Positions 29,455 to 40,334 of a stretch of DNA of 64,000 nt are shown one piece after another. How positions within the stretch are numbered: the first letter of the stretch is position 1; each line of letters starts with the position of its first letter. Source of the DNA: Polyangiaceae bacterium (GTDB taxonomy: Bacteria; Myxococcota_A; Polyangia; Polyangiales; Polyangiaceae); contig CBDCTZ010000005.1 in NCBI GenBank assembly GCA_965222375.1, positions 416,001-480,000 on the forward strand, in the 5' to 3' direction. The position numbers and the translations under genes were made by a program. Below the pieces are notes generated by a model. The model searched no databases and was not told the DNA's origin. It saw only the letters and a list, made by a program, of their open reading frames with translations.

Positions 29455-32153
29455 TTACCTCCAAGAGAGCTTACCGAACGCGGCCCCGTGGGCCTCTCGC
29501 GCAGCGGCGCAGAGCTTAGCTTGCTCTACGGAGCGGGAAAGCTGCATCTGAAACGCCCTGGGTTCGGCAGCTTTTTGGGCGATCGTGTCGGCGAAGGCTT
29601 GGGCAAGCCCGGGGTCGCAGGCGGCCCCCAGACTGGTAACGATGCGGCGCATGGCGAAGCGGGGGAGCCTCTTGTCGACGCGTTCGAAGTTGTCGCGCAA
29701 CCATTTGGCCACCACCGCACCGGTTGCTGCCCGGCCAAGCGGTGGCACGTAGATGCTTGCCAAGTCCTGGACCCTGAACGCGTCCGAGAGCGTTGCCTCG
29801 AGCACCGCTTTGAGCTGAGTGAGGTCCTCGAAGCCGGCGAGCCCCGAAAGCGCCACCATGCGCTCTTCCGGCAGACGCGCCCGTGCCAAGCGCTGCATGA
29901 GCGCGGTCCGATGTGCCTGCCCTGCCCTTCTCGAATGGCTTACCAGGGCCACTCGAGCCATGTCGGGATAGCTGGGCTCCGACGTCGCCAGCCAGCGCTT
30001 GGCAAGCTTGGAGAGTCGGTCCCGCGCCTGCCCGTCTTGGCCGAGATCCGCCAGGACGGCCCAGAGCTCTGAACGCAACAGCCGTTTGCCCTCGGCATCT
30101 TCGGGCTTCGACGTAATCCCAAGTGCGCGCGCAGTTGGAGAGAGCAGTGTGCGTACGAACTTGGCGAACGCGGTGCGGCCGGCGGCCGGCACCCAGTAGT
30201 CGAGCACGTGTAGCTGCCGCAGGATCTCGAGCCAGACGCCACGCTCCCTTTCGACAGAGAACTTGGCGAGCAGCTTCACGTGCTCGATCAGCTCCAGCTG
30301 GCCGCTCTGCACGAGCGCAAAGCTGCCAGCGAGCAACCCGGCGCGTTCTCGCGGTGACAGGAACTTCTGCGCATTGCGGGCCAAGGATGCCTGCACCGCC
30401 GGCTCGAGTTTGGACACGTAGTATCCGCTTTCGGCGTCGTTGGGAGACCACAACCGCGGGCAGCCAGGGAGCGCCAGCTGGTGTCGCGTGGTTTTCCCGG
30501 AGTGCAGCACGCAGACGCGCTGTGGCTTGGTCCCGATCTGGGCGCGAATGCAGACCGGAACCTGCCAAAGCTTGGCTTTGGCACCGGAGCGGCCCAAGGG
30601 CGCCAACTCTTGTTGTCGAACCTCGAGACTGACCTGCTTGCCGCTGCATGCGAGCTTCATCTCCAGCAGCGGCACGCCACTCTGATCGACGAAGCTCGAC
30701 ACCACGCCGGCGACGGGTTTGCCCGAGGCGCTCTCCAGTGCGCGCATCAGATCCGATGCACTGGCGTTGGCGTGGCGGTGCGACCTAGCGTAGCTCTGCA
30801 TCGCCCGCCGGGTCACCGCCTCCCCCAGCCACGCCTCGACCATGCCGATCACGCTCGACCCCTTGACGTAGGTGATGGTGTTGAAAGACGCCAGAGCCTG
30901 AGCTGGAGTGCGGACTGGTTGTCGCACGCTACGCGCCGACGCAAGCTGATCCAGCTGCATTGCCTTGGACCGGGCCCCAGCGCGTTCGGCCGCGATGCCG
31001 AGGGTGGGACGCTGGCGATCGGCGATCTTGGCACCCATCCAGGTTGCTAGCCCTTCGTTCAACCACAGGTCATCCCACCACTCGGAAGTCACGGAGTTGC
31101 CGAACCACTGATTGGCCAGCTCATGCGCCATGATCAGCGCCAGCCCCCGCTTCGCTTCGGCGCCCGCATGCTTCGGATCCTGGAGCAGCAGATCCTCCCG
31201 AAAGGTCACCAGCCCCGGGTTTTCCATGGCCCCTGCACTCATCTCCGGCACCGCGACCAAGTCGAGTTTGGCGTAGGGATAGGGCTCTCCGAAGTACGCT
31301 TCGAGCAAGCCGAGTTGCGCGGACGCGGTTTCGAGCGCCATGCCCGCTAGCTTTCCTTTCCCCGGCAGGGAAAGCACTCGCAGCGGCAACTTGGCAGCCG
31401 GCCCTTTCGTCACCTGAAGCGGGCCGACGGCCAGCGCCACCAGGTAAGTGGGCAAGGGCGGCGTGGCTTGGAATTTGGTCGCCGACAGTCCGCTTGGCAG
31501 GTCCACGGTTTCTCCCTGCGCTGGCGCATTGGCTGCCGCGAGGTAGCCAGTGGGCACGCTGAGGGTCAGCGAAAACGGCGTCTTGAAGCCCGGCTCGTCG
31601 AAGCAGGGAAAGGCACGCCGCGCATCGCTGGGCTCCATCTGCGAAAACGCGTAGCTGTACTCGCCGCTTTGCACGCGATACAATCCACGCAAACCGTCGG
31701 CGAATAGAGCTTCGAATTCGAGGTCCAGCTCGACGCTACCCGGTCCGATCGCCTCTTCGAACTGGAGCACCAGCTCTTCGCCGGCGCTACCCGCGTCAGG
31801 CCGCTGCCGTGCGCGAGCCCAGACCACGCTCTGGAGACTTCGGGCGGCTGCGGTCAACACCTTCGGTCCGTCGGCGTGAAGCACCACGTAGTCGGTCTTC
31901 TGGCTCAGCTGGGTTTGGATCCGAACCCGTCCCAGAAAGCTCGGCTGCCGCGGATCGACGGTCAGATCGAGGGCGTACTCAGTTGGCTCCGCCCAGCCCG
32001 GCAACCGCCCGGTGTCGAGAGCCGGCGGCAAGGGGCGCTCGACCGTTTCGGGCGCCTCCGGAGCGGCGAATAGGGCAAACGTTTTGGACCCGGCACGCAC
32101 CCGACCCAAAGCCCGCTGCACAGCAGGAGCTGGCCCCAACCTGCCCAGTTCAT
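29455..32153 (-). pseudogene. M1 (aminopeptidase N/ERAP-like) peptidase; probable N-terminal frameshift and HExxH->HExxN (pseudogene or sequence error)
   Basis: ARRAFPCFDEP, GAMENPGL, HELANQWFGN, WLNEG. A signal-peptide frame starting ATG 32153 is out of frame with the main ORF (29455..32139). Confidence 0.6.
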
Positions 32154-33781
32154 ATCGGCGCCGAAATCAGGGCTGGCGGCGACGCCGCCTTGGACTGCCC
32201 CAGCACTCGATTGAGCCACCCGAGGCGAAAACGAACCCGCGCCTTGATGCTACGCAGAGGTGCCGAGCGCATTTCGGCCTCCCAGGTCCGGATGCGCGGG
32301 CGCCCAGCGTTGGCCGCCAAGACCAAGGGCATGCCAGTCACGGGATCTGAGTCGTAGACGTAAAAGGAATGCCAGTGGTTCTCGCCATCGTTTCGGGGAC
32401 CGAAGATGGCCACGACATCGCCCGGGCGGTAGCGATCCGAGTTGTCAGCGAGATGGGCGAAGAAGTTTGTACGCTTCAGGAAGCGAATGCGTTCGAGTTC
32501 GTGCAGTTCGTAAACGTCGAACCATTCGGGACGGCTCTTCGCGAACTTGATGAAGACATCGACGCTGCGGCGGTTCACGATCCCCAAGGCGTCGAAATCG
32601 ACGCCGCCGGAGCTACGCTTCCGCTCACCCTGGTCCTTCGCGCTCCACCAGGTGCCGCTGGCACGTTCCAGAGTGTCCGTGATGAAGTCGATGCACACCT
32701 GAGGCACTTGCGGTCGGCCACCCGCGTCGAACACCAGGTAGTGGTCGTCGTTGAAGGTGTACATATCCCAGCCGTGGTTGTAGGCCCAACGCCAAGCCGG
32801 ACGCAGATTCCCGTCTTGCTGCCCTTCCTCGGTTCGGGGCTCATCGAAGGGCAAGGCCTCCCGCACCATCGCGAGGATCGCGTCCTGCTTCTTGGCCAGG
32901 GCACCGGAACGCCGTTTTTCCAAGCTGCGGGCTTTGGCCACCCGGTCCAGTATCGCCTCGGGGACTACCTCACAGAGTTTCGTGATCCGCGCGCCTTCGA
33001 TTCGGAACAGCGTATCAACCCAGTCAACTCCATAGCGCGCCTTCGCGTAGAGCCGATCCATCGTCGCGTGGCGTACGTCCAGGCGGGAAAAGCCGAGAGC
33101 ATGTTTTGCGGTACGCACGTCCACGGCCAGCGAGGCCCCCGGTTCCTGCCCTACCGGCCAGACGCGGTCGTAAAGCAATATCCGCGCGCGGGATCCGGCT
33201 TCGGGTCCATTCGTGTACTCATAAAACCGGCCTGACTTGCGAGCCCGCAGCCGCTGGCTTCCGCGCAGAATCACCAACTCCGGCTCTCGATACAGATGCT
33301 GCAGCGCCACCAGATCCACCATGGCGGCGGCAACAGACGGGACGTTGGCGTATAGATAGCCCTCCCGCAGTAAGAGTGCGCGTGCGACCTCGGGGCGGTT
33401 ACGCACATGCCGATACAACCGCGACATCGTGTAGCCGGGGGCTGGGTTCCGCTCGATCTGTTCCCGGTAGCTCTTGACCTCTGCCGGCTCCGCGGCATCA
33501 ACCTTGGGCTGTCGAAGGAACACGACGGGTTCGGCCTTGGCGCGCGCAAGCAGCTCCGCCCGCCCCTTGCCCGGGCGAACAAAGCCCTGCCGCGCTGGCT
33601 CTGCCACCACGTCTGCGATCAAGCGCTTGCAGGTCTTGGGTGGCGGTTTCGCAGCAGGCGGGGTTGCCGCGCTGGCTTCCATACGAGCCGCCGCCGCAGG
33701 CTGAGGGCCCCGCGGCGACTGAGTGGGACCCTCGCCGCATGCCGCGAGACCCACTAAAACGCTGAAAACCAAGCGTTTCAC
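32150..33781 (-). CDS. Lipoprotein with C-terminal NlpC/P60-like (DUF1287-like) Cys/His domain
   Basis: MKRLVFSVLVGLAAC lipobox; QVCIDF...RPGDVVAIFG...HSFYVYD...PLVLAANAG. Confidence 0.65.
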   Translation of the reverse strand: MKRLVFSVLVGLAACGEGPTQSPRGPQPAAAARMEASAATPPAAKPPPKTCKRLIADVVAEPARQGFVRPGKGRAELLARAKAEPVVFLRQPKVDAAEPAEVKSYREQIERNPAPGYTMSRLYRHVRNRPEVARALLLREGYLYANVPSVAAAMVDLVALQHLYREPELVILRGSQRLRARKSGRFYEYTNGPEAGSRARILLYDRVWPVGQEPGASLAVDVRTAKHALGFSRLDVRHATMDRLYAKARYGVDWVDTLFRIEGARITKLCEVVPEAILDRVAKARSLEKRRSGALAKKQDAILAMVREALPFDEPRTEEGQQDGNLRPAWRWAYNHGWDMYTFNDDHYLVFDAGGRPQVPQVCIDFITDTLERASGTWWSAKDQGERKRSSGGVDFDALGIVNRRSVDVFIKFAKSRPEWFDVYELHELERIRFLKRTNFFAHLADNSDRYRPGDVVAIFGPRNDGENHWHSFYVYDSDPVTGMPLVLAANAGRPRIRTWEAEMRSAPLRSIKARVRFRLGWLNRVLGQSKAASPPALISAPI

Positions 33782-33860
33782 GGGGCGGAGATTAGCGCCC
33801 CCGAACCGAGGCCGCAACGGAATGACCCCCTCGGCGGCGCCGACTATGCTGCGGCCGATC

Positions 33861-34574
33861 ATGTCAACCGAACCACGAACCCTGTCCGTCGACATTGGGG
33901 GTATCGGCATCAAGATGCTGGTGCTGAATGAAGACGGGACTCAGGCCACTGAACGGACGCGCAAAACCACTCCCAGCCCCGCTTCGCCCGACCGTGTAGT
34001 CAGCACGGTCGTCGAGATGGCGCAAGAGCACGCGCCCTACGACCGCGTCGCGGTCGGCTTCCCAGGCGTCGTGATCCACGACATCGTCCACACCGCCCCG
34101 AACCTCAGTACGGAGATGTGGCGAAGGCAGAAGCTCGGCGCCACCCTCGCCGCCGCACTGGAAAGCCCGGTCTGTGTGATCAACGACGCCGACCTCCAAG
34201 GCTACGGTGTTGTGTCGGGCAAGGGCGCCGAAATGGTTCTGACCCTAGGCACCGGTCTCGGCGCAGCTCTCTTCGTTAACGGCGCGCTCTACCCCAACCT
34301 CGAACTGGGGCATCACCCGTTCAAGGATGGAAAAACCTACGAGGACCTCGTCAGTGATGCAGAAATGAGGCGCATTGGCGACGCGGCATGGACAAAACGC
34401 GTGATGGAAATGCTCGACCAGCTCCAACCCATCTTTAACTACGAGCAGCTTCACCTGGGTGGAGGAAACGCCCAGCGGCTACAACAGCCGGTGCCGGACA
34501 ACGTTCGTCTATTCGACAACGCCGAGGGATTGCTGGGCGGGCTGCGCCTGTGGCAGCGCAGGAGTACGGCATGA
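33861..34574 (+). CDS. ROK-family kinase, polyphosphate glucokinase-like
   Basis: VDIGG, VGFPGVV, INDADLQG, TLGTGLGAALF, PNLELGH, LGGGN. Confidence 0.85.
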   Translation: MSTEPRTLSVDIGGIGIKMLVLNEDGTQATERTRKTTPSPASPDRVVSTVVEMAQEHAPYDRVAVGFPGVVIHDIVHTAPNLSTEMWRRQKLGATLAAALESPVCVINDADLQGYGVVSGKGAEMVLTLGTGLGAALFVNGALYPNLELGHHPFKDGKTYEDLVSDAEMRRIGDAAWTKRVMEMLDQLQPIFNYEQLHLGGGNAQRLQQPVPDNVRLFDNAEGLLGGLRLWQRRSTA

Positions 34575-36124
34575 GCTTAGAGCTGAAAGATCCACAGCTC
34601 CCAGGCTCGGAAGCCGAGCTGCAAGCGCGCTTCGAAGCGTTGCAGAGACAGCTGGTCCCCCTATGGAAAGCCATCGAGAGCCTCAGTGACGACGGGCACC
34701 AGACCATCGTCGTGGTACCGTCTCTAACCGTAGATTTCGCGGCTCTGGAGGGCTCCCTATTGCAGGCCTACGAAGAGCGCTTCCTGTTCCTACTGCTGCT
34801 CCTACGCCAGCCGAGCGCGCGACTCATCTACATCACGTCGTCGCCGATTCATCCCAACATCGTCGACTACTATTTGGGGCTCCTACCCGGCGTCGTGATG
34901 AGTCACGCTCGCAGGCGGTTGCACTTGGTTGCCCCCTACGACGGCGCCCCACAACCCCTTAGCCTGAAGCTCCTGCAGCGGCCCCGCCTACTCGCGCAAG
35001 TCCGCGCTCTGATTCCGGATCCCAAGCGCGCACACCTAGTGCCCTTCAACACCACCCACTACGAGCGAGATCTCGCGCTGTGCTTGGGGATCCCGATGTA
35101 CGCGGCAGATCCCAAGACCTTGGAGCTAGGCACCAAGAGCGGTGCCAGAAAGCTATTCCGAAAGGCAGGGCTTTCATTGCCGGCCGGCTTCGAGGATCTG
35201 CGAACCGAGTCCGATGTCGTGCGCGGCTTGGTCGAACTCAAGCAGCAGCGCCCAGAAGTGCGCCAGGCCATGGTCAAGCACGACGATGGGGTCAGCGGCG
35301 AAGGCAACGCCGTGGTCGACTTGTCCGACGTAGCCGCCACTCGGGCCGCCATCGAGTCGCGGCTGCAGAACATGAAACTCGAAGCCAAACACCTGACCGT
35401 CCCCGAGTTCCTGGCCAAGTTCGAGGATCAAAAGGGAATCGTGGAAGAGCGGGTTTTGGGCTCGAGAATCGAAAGCCCCAGCGTTCAGTTGCGAGTGACC
35501 CCCCTCGGCCAGGTGGAGCTGCTGTCCACTCACGACCAACTCCTGGGCGGCACCGAGGGCCAGAAGTACGAAGGCTGTGTGTTTCCGGCCCACCCCGCCT
35601 ACGCCGTCCAGATCGCCCATGAGTCAGCCAAAGTGGCCAGCTCCCTAGTCAGCCAGGGCGTCTTGGGCCGATTCGCCATCGACTTCGTTTGCGCCGAGCA
35701 GGGCGGAAACTGGGCACCCTTCGCTATCGAGCTGAACCTGCGAAAGGGCGGAACCACCCATCCCTATTTGACCCTGCAGTTCTTGACCAACGGGCGCTAC
35801 CAGCCCAACGAAGGTCGATTCATGACCGAGGCCGGGCACGAGAAACACTACGTCGCCGCAGATGGCCTGGCATCCGCCGCGTACCGCGCGCTGACCCCCG
35901 ATGACCTCTTCGATGTGATGGTGCGCCAGGGGCTCCACTTCGACCACGTCAAACAAACCGGCGTAGTGCTTCACATGATGAGCGCAATCGGCGACCGCGG
36001 CCGCTTCGGCATGACCGCTGTTGAAGACAGTCGAGCCCGAGCGAGTGAACTCTACGAGCGCGCCCAGTCTGTGGTGCAGGCCGCAGCAAAGGCTGCGCTG
36101 CAGCCTCGACCCCTTCCGGGCTGA
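34571..36124 (+). CDS. PGM1-related ATP-grasp ligase
   Basis: ATGA overlap. YEERFLFLL, GTKSGARKLF, VKHDDGVSGEGNA, SPSVQ, STHDQLLGG, IELNLRKGGTTHP. Confidence 0.75.
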   Translation: MSLELKDPQLPGSEAELQARFEALQRQLVPLWKAIESLSDDGHQTIVVVPSLTVDFAALEGSLLQAYEERFLFLLLLLRQPSARLIYITSSPIHPNIVDYYLGLLPGVVMSHARRRLHLVAPYDGAPQPLSLKLLQRPRLLAQVRALIPDPKRAHLVPFNTTHYERDLALCLGIPMYAADPKTLELGTKSGARKLFRKAGLSLPAGFEDLRTESDVVRGLVELKQQRPEVRQAMVKHDDGVSGEGNAVVDLSDVAATRAAIESRLQNMKLEAKHLTVPEFLAKFEDQKGIVEERVLGSRIESPSVQLRVTPLGQVELLSTHDQLLGGTEGQKYEGCVFPAHPAYAVQIAHESAKVASSLVSQGVLGRFAIDFVCAEQGGNWAPFAIELNLRKGGTTHPYLTLQFLTNGRYQPNEGRFMTEAGHEKHYVAADGLASAAYRALTPDDLFDVMVRQGLHFDHVKQTGVVLHMMSAIGDRGRFGMTAVEDSRARASELYERAQSVVQAAAKAALQPRPLPG

Positions 36125-36143
36125 AGCGTCGGGTAGGACAATC

Positions 36144-38591
36144 TCAGTTGGTCGAGCTCTGCTGAGCCCCAGCCTCTTTCTTCGCCACGTCGTCCAAGTA
36201 GGCCTGGGACGGCTGAGGCATTTCCTCGAGCGCCGCTTCGAGAACTTCGTCCAGCTGGCTGATGAACATGAACTCGAGCTCATCCCGAACTTCCTTAGGA
36301 ACTTCCTCGACATCCGCCTTGTTTCGCTCCGGAACCAGCACGCGGCGGATGCCCGCGCGGTGCGCGGCCAAGGCCTTTTCCTTGAGGCCGCCGATGGGCA
36401 GCGCTCGACCCCGCAGCGAGATCTCACCGGTCATGGCCACGTCATGGCGCACTCGGATCCCCGTAAGTAGGGAGACCAGCGCAGTGAACATGGTGATACC
36501 CGCGCTGGGACCGTCTTTGGGCATCGCCCCAGCTGGGATGTGGATGTGGATGTCGCTCTTTTCCAAGAAGTCTTTCGGGATCCCGTACTTCTCGGCATTG
36601 GTGCGCACGTAGGACAGCGCGGCATGCGCACTTTCTTTCATCACGTCGCCCAACTGACCGGTAAGCTGCAACTTGCCGCTGCCGAACATGCGGGTTGCCT
36701 CGATAAAGAGAATCTCCCCACCGACGCTCGTCCACGCCAATCCGGTAGCAACGCCAGTCTCTTCAGTGCGTTCCGCGACCTCGCTCGTGTACTTGATGGC
36801 ACCCAGGTATTCCCGAAGGTCATCTTCGGTCTTGATCGTGCGAGGGGTGTCGTCACCTTCGGCGACTTTGACCGCCACGCCGCGAATCACACTGGCCACT
36901 TGACGCTCCAGGGAGCGAACGCCCGCCTCTCGAGTGTAGTGCTCGGTGATCTCTTCGATGGCCTCGTCGGTGATCGTGAGTTGCTCGGGGGTCAGCCCGT
37001 GCTCTTCCAGCTGCTTGGGAATCAAGTGCTGCCTGGCAATCGCCAGCTTTTCGCGTCGCGTGTAGCCCGGGAGCTCGAGGATTTCCATTCGGTCCCGCAG
37101 AGGAGGGGGAATGGGGTCGGCCACGTTCGCCGTTGCGACGAACATCACGCTCGAAAGATCGTAGGGGATTTCCAGGTAGTGGTCCGCGAAGGAGTTGTTC
37201 TGCTCCGGATCCAACACCTCTAGCAACGCAGCACTCGGATCGCCCCGGAAGTCGTGACCGATCTTGTCCACCTCATCCATCATGAAAACGGGGTTGATGG
37301 TCGCGGCTTTCTTCATGCCCTGAATGATCTGGCCGGGCAGAGCGCCCACGTAGGTGCGCCGATGACCGCGGATCGCGGCTTCGTCGTGTACGCCGCCAAG
37401 GCTGATGCGGACGAATTTGCGACCGAGGGCGCGAGCGATGCTGCGCCCCAGACTCGTCTTACCCACACCCGGGGGACCGAGCAGGCACAGGATGGGACCC
37501 TTCTTGTCCTTCTTCAGCTTGCGCACCGCCAGATACTCGACGATGCGCTTCTTGACCTTTTCGAGACCGTAGTGGTCCTCGTCGAGCACCTTGCGGACCT
37601 CAGCGATTTCCATGTTGTCGTCCGTGGAGTTGGTCCACGGCAGATCCAAGATCCAGTCCAGGTAGGTCCGAACCACCGTGTACTCGGCACTGCCCACCTG
37701 CATCGAGCGCAGCCGCTTGAGCTGCTTCTTGGCTACGTTGTCTGCCTCGCTGGGCAGATGGGCCTTGGCGATGCGGTCCTCGAGCCCGTCGAGATCGCCC
37801 TGATCGCCGTCGTCTTCGCCGAGCTCCTCTTTGATGGCCTTGAGCTGTTGGCGAAGCACGTACTCGCGCTGGTTCTTGCCCATCTCCTCTTTGATCTGGG
37901 AGTTGATGCGCTCGCGCATCTTGAGGATCTCGAGCTGCCGCGTGAGCAGTCGTAGCACCCGACGGATGCGCTCCTTCACTTCCACGGTTTCGATCAGCTG
38001 CGCCTTCTCTTCGACCGGCGCATCCAGGTTCGCCGCGACCAGATCCGCCAGCGCACCCGGCGCCTGGATCGAATCGATCAAGGAGCCCGCTTCCCGCGGC
38101 AGTTCCGGCATCAACTGAATGACCTGCTTGGCGACGTCTCGCAAGCTCATCGCCAGAGCCTCTGCCTCGACGTCCTCGATAGGCGGCGCCTCGACCCGTG
38201 TGATCTGAGCTTTGAGGTAGGGCGCGGTATCCGTCAGCTCGTCGAGTCGGATCCGAGTGAGGCCCTGCAAGATCAGCGAGTAGTTGCCCGAGCTGTGCTT
38301 GAGGGCTTTGAGGACCCGCGCGGCACATCCCACAGGATAGAGGTCGTCGGCGCCAGGATCGTCCGTCGAGGGATCACGCTGAGCGAAAATCGCGATGACC
38401 GGCGAGGGCAGGTTGTGAACGTCTTCCACCAGGGCCACGGATTTTTCGCGCCCCACATCGAAAGGGGCGACCGCGCCAGGAAACAACACTGCGTTGCGAA
38501 TCGGCAGAACCGGCAGGTCGTTCCCGAACCGAACTTCTTCATCGGTAGGCTCGGGCTCGGGAGTCTCTCCGCGCTTCTTGCGATCACTCAT
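36144..38591 (-). CDS. lon: ATP-dependent Lon protease (LonD/BsgA-like)
   Basis: LPVLPIRNAVLFPG, GPPGVGKTS, RRTYVGALPG, PKDGPSAG, AMTGE. Confidence 0.96.
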   Translation of the reverse strand: MSDRKKRGETPEPEPTDEEVRFGNDLPVLPIRNAVLFPGAVAPFDVGREKSVALVEDVHNLPSPVIAIFAQRDPSTDDPGADDLYPVGCAARVLKALKHSSGNYSLILQGLTRIRLDELTDTAPYLKAQITRVEAPPIEDVEAEALAMSLRDVAKQVIQLMPELPREAGSLIDSIQAPGALADLVAANLDAPVEEKAQLIETVEVKERIRRVLRLLTRQLEILKMRERINSQIKEEMGKNQREYVLRQQLKAIKEELGEDDGDQGDLDGLEDRIAKAHLPSEADNVAKKQLKRLRSMQVGSAEYTVVRTYLDWILDLPWTNSTDDNMEIAEVRKVLDEDHYGLEKVKKRIVEYLAVRKLKKDKKGPILCLLGPPGVGKTSLGRSIARALGRKFVRISLGGVHDEAAIRGHRRTYVGALPGQIIQGMKKAATINPVFMMDEVDKIGHDFRGDPSAALLEVLDPEQNNSFADHYLEIPYDLSSVMFVATANVADPIPPPLRDRMEILELPGYTRREKLAIARQHLIPKQLEEHGLTPEQLTITDEAIEEITEHYTREAGVRSLERQVASVIRGVAVKVAEGDDTPRTIKTEDDLREYLGAIKYTSEVAERTEETGVATGLAWTSVGGEILFIEATRMFGSGKLQLTGQLGDVMKESAHAALSYVRTNAEKYGIPKDFLEKSDIHIHIPAGAMPKDGPSAGITMFTALVSLLTGIRVRHDVAMTGEISLRGRALPIGGLKEKALAAHRAGIRRVLVPERNKADVEEVPKEVRDELEFMFISQLDEVLEAALEEMPQPSQAYLDDVAKKEAGAQQSSTN

Positions 38592-38737
38592 TGACTTGAC
38601 CTTCCTAAGGGGTGTGAGCGCCGCAGCGGGTGCTCAAGGTGGCTTTTCCTTCGTCCTGCCACTCAGGTCAAGCTAAGCACCCTGAGCCGCCACGTCCATA
38701 CCTGGCACGGGGCTTGCGCTTGACGCTGCCTTGCACA

Positions 38738-39700
38738 ATGATGCGGGCCCGCACGGTGTCATCGAGTAGCCCCAAGCGCACGGTTTTCTTCGGCACGCCG
38801 GCGATCGCGGTCAGCGCATTGCAAGCGCTCGCGCGCACCACACGAGTGGTGGGCGTCGTCTGTCAGCCTGACCGTCCCGCAGGGAGGGGCATGAAGCTTC
38901 GGCCGCCAGCAGTGAAGGAAGCCGCCCTGGACCTCGGGCTCGAGGTCCACCAGCCCATCAAGGTGAAGACCGGCAATTTGCACCAATGGCTATCCACGCG
39001 GCAGCCGGACGTTGCCGTCGTGTTGGCCTATGGTCGGATCTTGCCCCCAGCGGTGCTTCGCGCTCCCAAGCTGGGGTGCGTGAACCTGCACGCCTCGCTA
39101 CTGCCCAAGTTCCGCGGAGCGGCGCCCATCCAGCGCGCCCTGTGGGCGGGAGAGGCCACTACCGGCATCAGCCTCATGCAGATGGACGAGGGGTTGGACA
39201 CCGGGGCGGTGTTCTGCCGAAGAGAGCTGCCAATCCTACCCGACGATGACGCGGGAAGTTTGAGCCGTCGGCTGGCGGAGCTGGCCGCCGAAGTGATAGA
39301 ACAGGAGTTGCCTGCAGTTCTGTCGGGCGAACTGCAGGCGGTGGCCCAGAACGATTCCGAGGCCACCCACGCGCCACCCATTCAAAAGGCTGAAACGGCC
39401 CTAGACTTCGCGCAGCCCGCTCGGGCGCTGTGGGGCCAGGTCCGCGCTCTGGCGCCCCGCCCTGGCGCCGCCTGCCGCCTGGGCGACAAGCGGCTCAGAA
39501 TCACCGCTGCCCAGCCTTCGAAGCTACCCGCGCCGGGAGCACCGGGAACCGTGTCGATATGGGACAAAAAGCGGGTGTTAGTCGCCACTGGGGACGGCAC
39601 GTTGGAAATCCTGACGGCCCAGCTGGAAGGGCGAAAAGAACTGCGTGCTCAGGACTTGGCCAATGGGCGGGTCGTCGGCGAGGGTGACGTCCTACGATGA
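38738..39700 (+). CDS. fmt: Methionyl-tRNA formyltransferase (start 38738 or 38756)
   Basis: FFGTP, QPDRPAGRG, NLHASLLPKFRGAAPIQ, MDEGLDTG. Confidence 0.95.
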   Translation: MMRARTVSSSSPKRTVFFGTPAIAVSALQALARTTRVVGVVCQPDRPAGRGMKLRPPAVKEAALDLGLEVHQPIKVKTGNLHQWLSTRQPDVAVVLAYGRILPPAVLRAPKLGCVNLHASLLPKFRGAAPIQRALWAGEATTGISLMQMDEGLDTGAVFCRRELPILPDDDAGSLSRRLAELAAEVIEQELPAVLSGELQAVAQNDSEATHAPPIQKAETALDFAQPARALWGQVRALAPRPGAACRLGDKRLRITAAQPSKLPAPGAPGTVSIWDKKRVLVATGDGTLEILTAQLEGRKELRAQDLANGRVVGEGDVLR

Positions 39701-39742
39701 TGGCTCGAACCGCATCCGAGGCCGGTGCTAAGATGCCCTTGG

Positions 39743-40324
39743 GTGCTGCAAGCGTTTCTAGAGGAAATCCTCAAAGAATTCCCCACGTTCCGCATCGTGC
39801 ACAAGGATCGGGACAGGTTGAGCCGGGCGATCGATCTGGGTCTTCGCATCGTGACCCTCGGCCGCATGACCGACTACCAGACCCACTACCACACGGTGAT
39901 CGGCAACACACTGTACGTGCCGCAGTGCTGGGACAGTACGCCGGAGGTGGATCGAGTCATCACGCTGCGCCACGAGCGGGTGCATTTACGCCAGCGCAAG
40001 CGTCTCAGCCTGCCGCTGATGGCCTTCATCTACTTCATCCCCTTTCTGCCCCTCGGCTTGGCCTATGGCAGAGCCCGGATCGAATGGGAGGCCTACGCGG
40101 AGTCGCTGCGCGCCACAGCAGAGCTCAAAGGACTCGCGGCGGCGCGAGAGCCGAGTTTTCGTGCAGAGCTATTGCGGCGATTCACCAGTGCGGACTACGG
40201 ATGGATGTGGCCCTTCCCCCGTCAAGTTGGCCGATGGATCGACCGAGAACTAGACAAAATCGAGCGGACCGAACAGCAGCCCCGGGATTCGGACAAGGAC
40301 GACTACGTCGTCGAGCACGCCTGA
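39743..40324 (+). CDS. Small zincin-like putative metallopeptidase (alternative start 39725)
   Basis: [11 protein letters not shown] (HExxH), a hydrophobic segment, then IEWEAY. Confidence 0.7.
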   Translation: MLQAFLEEILKEFPTFRIVHKDRDRLSRAIDLGLRIVTLGRMTDYQTHYHTVIGNTLYVPQCWDSTPEVDRVITLRHERVHLRQRKRLSLPLMAFIYFIPFLPLGLAYGRARIEWEAYAESLRATAELKGLAAAREPSFRAELLRRFTSADYGWMWPFPRQVGRWIDRELDKIERTEQQPRDSDKDDYVVEHA

Positions 40325-40334
40325 AAGAACACGG

